From positions 1 to 36,557 of the IMG/VR virus record IMGVR_UViG_3300024060_000003: a stretch of 36,557 nt of DNA. One strand, given 5' to 3'. Position 1 is the stretch's first letter, and every line of letters starts with the position of its first letter. Of the stretch, positions 35,872 to 36,557 are shown piece by piece. Position numbers and translations under genes: made by a program. This DNA is from a virus. Lineage: Duplodnaviria; Caudoviricetes. The notes beneath the pieces are model-generated. The model saw only the letters and a list, made by a program, of their open reading frames with translations, was not told the DNA's origin and ran no database searches.

Positions 35872-36557
35872 ATGAGATCGACCTCTTTTAGGTCAGTTGT
35901 AGAGCCTAGGTTTCAGCAAGGAGGCGCAGCTCAAGCGGCTGGCGTTCGCGATCCTGCGCGAACGAGGCAATTGCTTGCCGATTACCTGGGGCGTGAGCCT
36001 GAGTCTTTAGTCCTCGATCCTGGTGGGGGAGGTGCTTTGAGGGCAGCGCAATCGTTCGTCACACCTTCTGGACAAGTGATAATGGGGGCTCCTTCACAGT
36101 CCAGGTCGATGCAGGCCTTACGGGGAGCCTTGTCTGACATGGAAATCTCGAACGTGCGTCGTAGGGGACGAGTAGATCCTAGGATGGCAGATACGTACAT
36201 GCATCTACTCGTCAGGACACAGGGCAAGAAGCGCGCTGAAGATACGCTGGATGAGCAGTCGCGTGAGGAGGGTGGAGAAGGTGGTCGAATCCTGCAGTAT
36301 TCCGGTGGTGCACTGGAGTGGGTACCTAACGGACCCGGTGGGATACCACAGCCACCAACAGGCGACACGTTCTACGATCCGATAAAGGAAGCACAAGATA
36401 GAGTAGCGAGAGACGAGTACATGAGACTTAACCCACGTCCTCCAATGACGGACGAGAGACGGGCATCGATACGGCAGGCATTCGGTCGCACTCCGGTGTC
36501 GGACGAGGATCGCGCGAAATTAGCACGAGGTGGAATTGTGAGATCAGAAGTGGAACG
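35872..36557 (+). CDS. putative internal virion protein, partial (runs off window; not in track)
   Basis: ATG 35872 with SD CAGGA; frame open to the window end; MRSTSFRSVVEPRFQQGG... Confidence 0.8.
   Translation, partial: MRSTSFRSVVEPRFQQGGAAQAAGVRDPARTRQLLADYLGREPESLVLDPGGGGALRAAQSFVTPSGQVIMGAPSQSRSMQALRGALSDMEISNVRRRGRVDPRMADTYMHLLVRTQGKKRAEDTLDEQSREEGGEGGRILQYSGGALEWVPNGPGGIPQPPTGDTFYDPIKEAQDRVARDEYMRLNPRPPMTDERRASIRQAFGRTPVSDEDRAKLARGGIVRSEVE

Noticed and set aside
35868-35874. TGA-G-ATG junction as a target for quadruplet read-through by the 8-nt-loop tRNA, fusing the last two ORFs
   Set aside because: The geometry fits a +1 shift, but ORF 35872 has its own SD (CAGGA) and 1-nt gaps are ordinary; there is no supporting evidence.
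252-36396. Numerous minus-strand ORFs in the track
   Set aside because: All are shadows of tightly coupled + strand genes, with no recognisable motifs.

Overview
This window is a ~36.5 kb fragment of a tailed dsDNA phage genome, with essentially all real genes on the + strand and tightly packed (frequent ATGA/TAATG overlaps). Bases 1-8165 are an accessory region of about 30 small ORFs: several Zn-finger-like mini-proteins, a Tat-signal protein, a secreted FN3-like protein, one atypical tRNA gene and a promoter/terminator-bounded single-gene unit. From 8175 it is a podovirus-like morphogenesis module: TerL, portal, GroES-like co-chaperonin, scaffold, major capsid protein (MCP), fibres, adaptor/tail proteins, an embedded lysis cassette and putative DNA-ejection proteins running off the right edge. 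Four observations stand out. (1) The last, partial ORF begins with a near copy of the MCP N-terminal peptide (10/12 aa, with synonymous divergence), followed immediately by a GG motif. (2) The same x-x-x-G-G motif recurs about 20 times in the putative internal virion proteins, suggesting a capsid cargo-addressing/processing system. (3) The tRNA has an 8-nt anticodon loop readable as UUC, UCA or UUCA. (4) Twin hairpins with identical 9-nt loops follow the MCP gene, and one hides the next RBS. All product calls come from motif recognition and gene order, not database searches.
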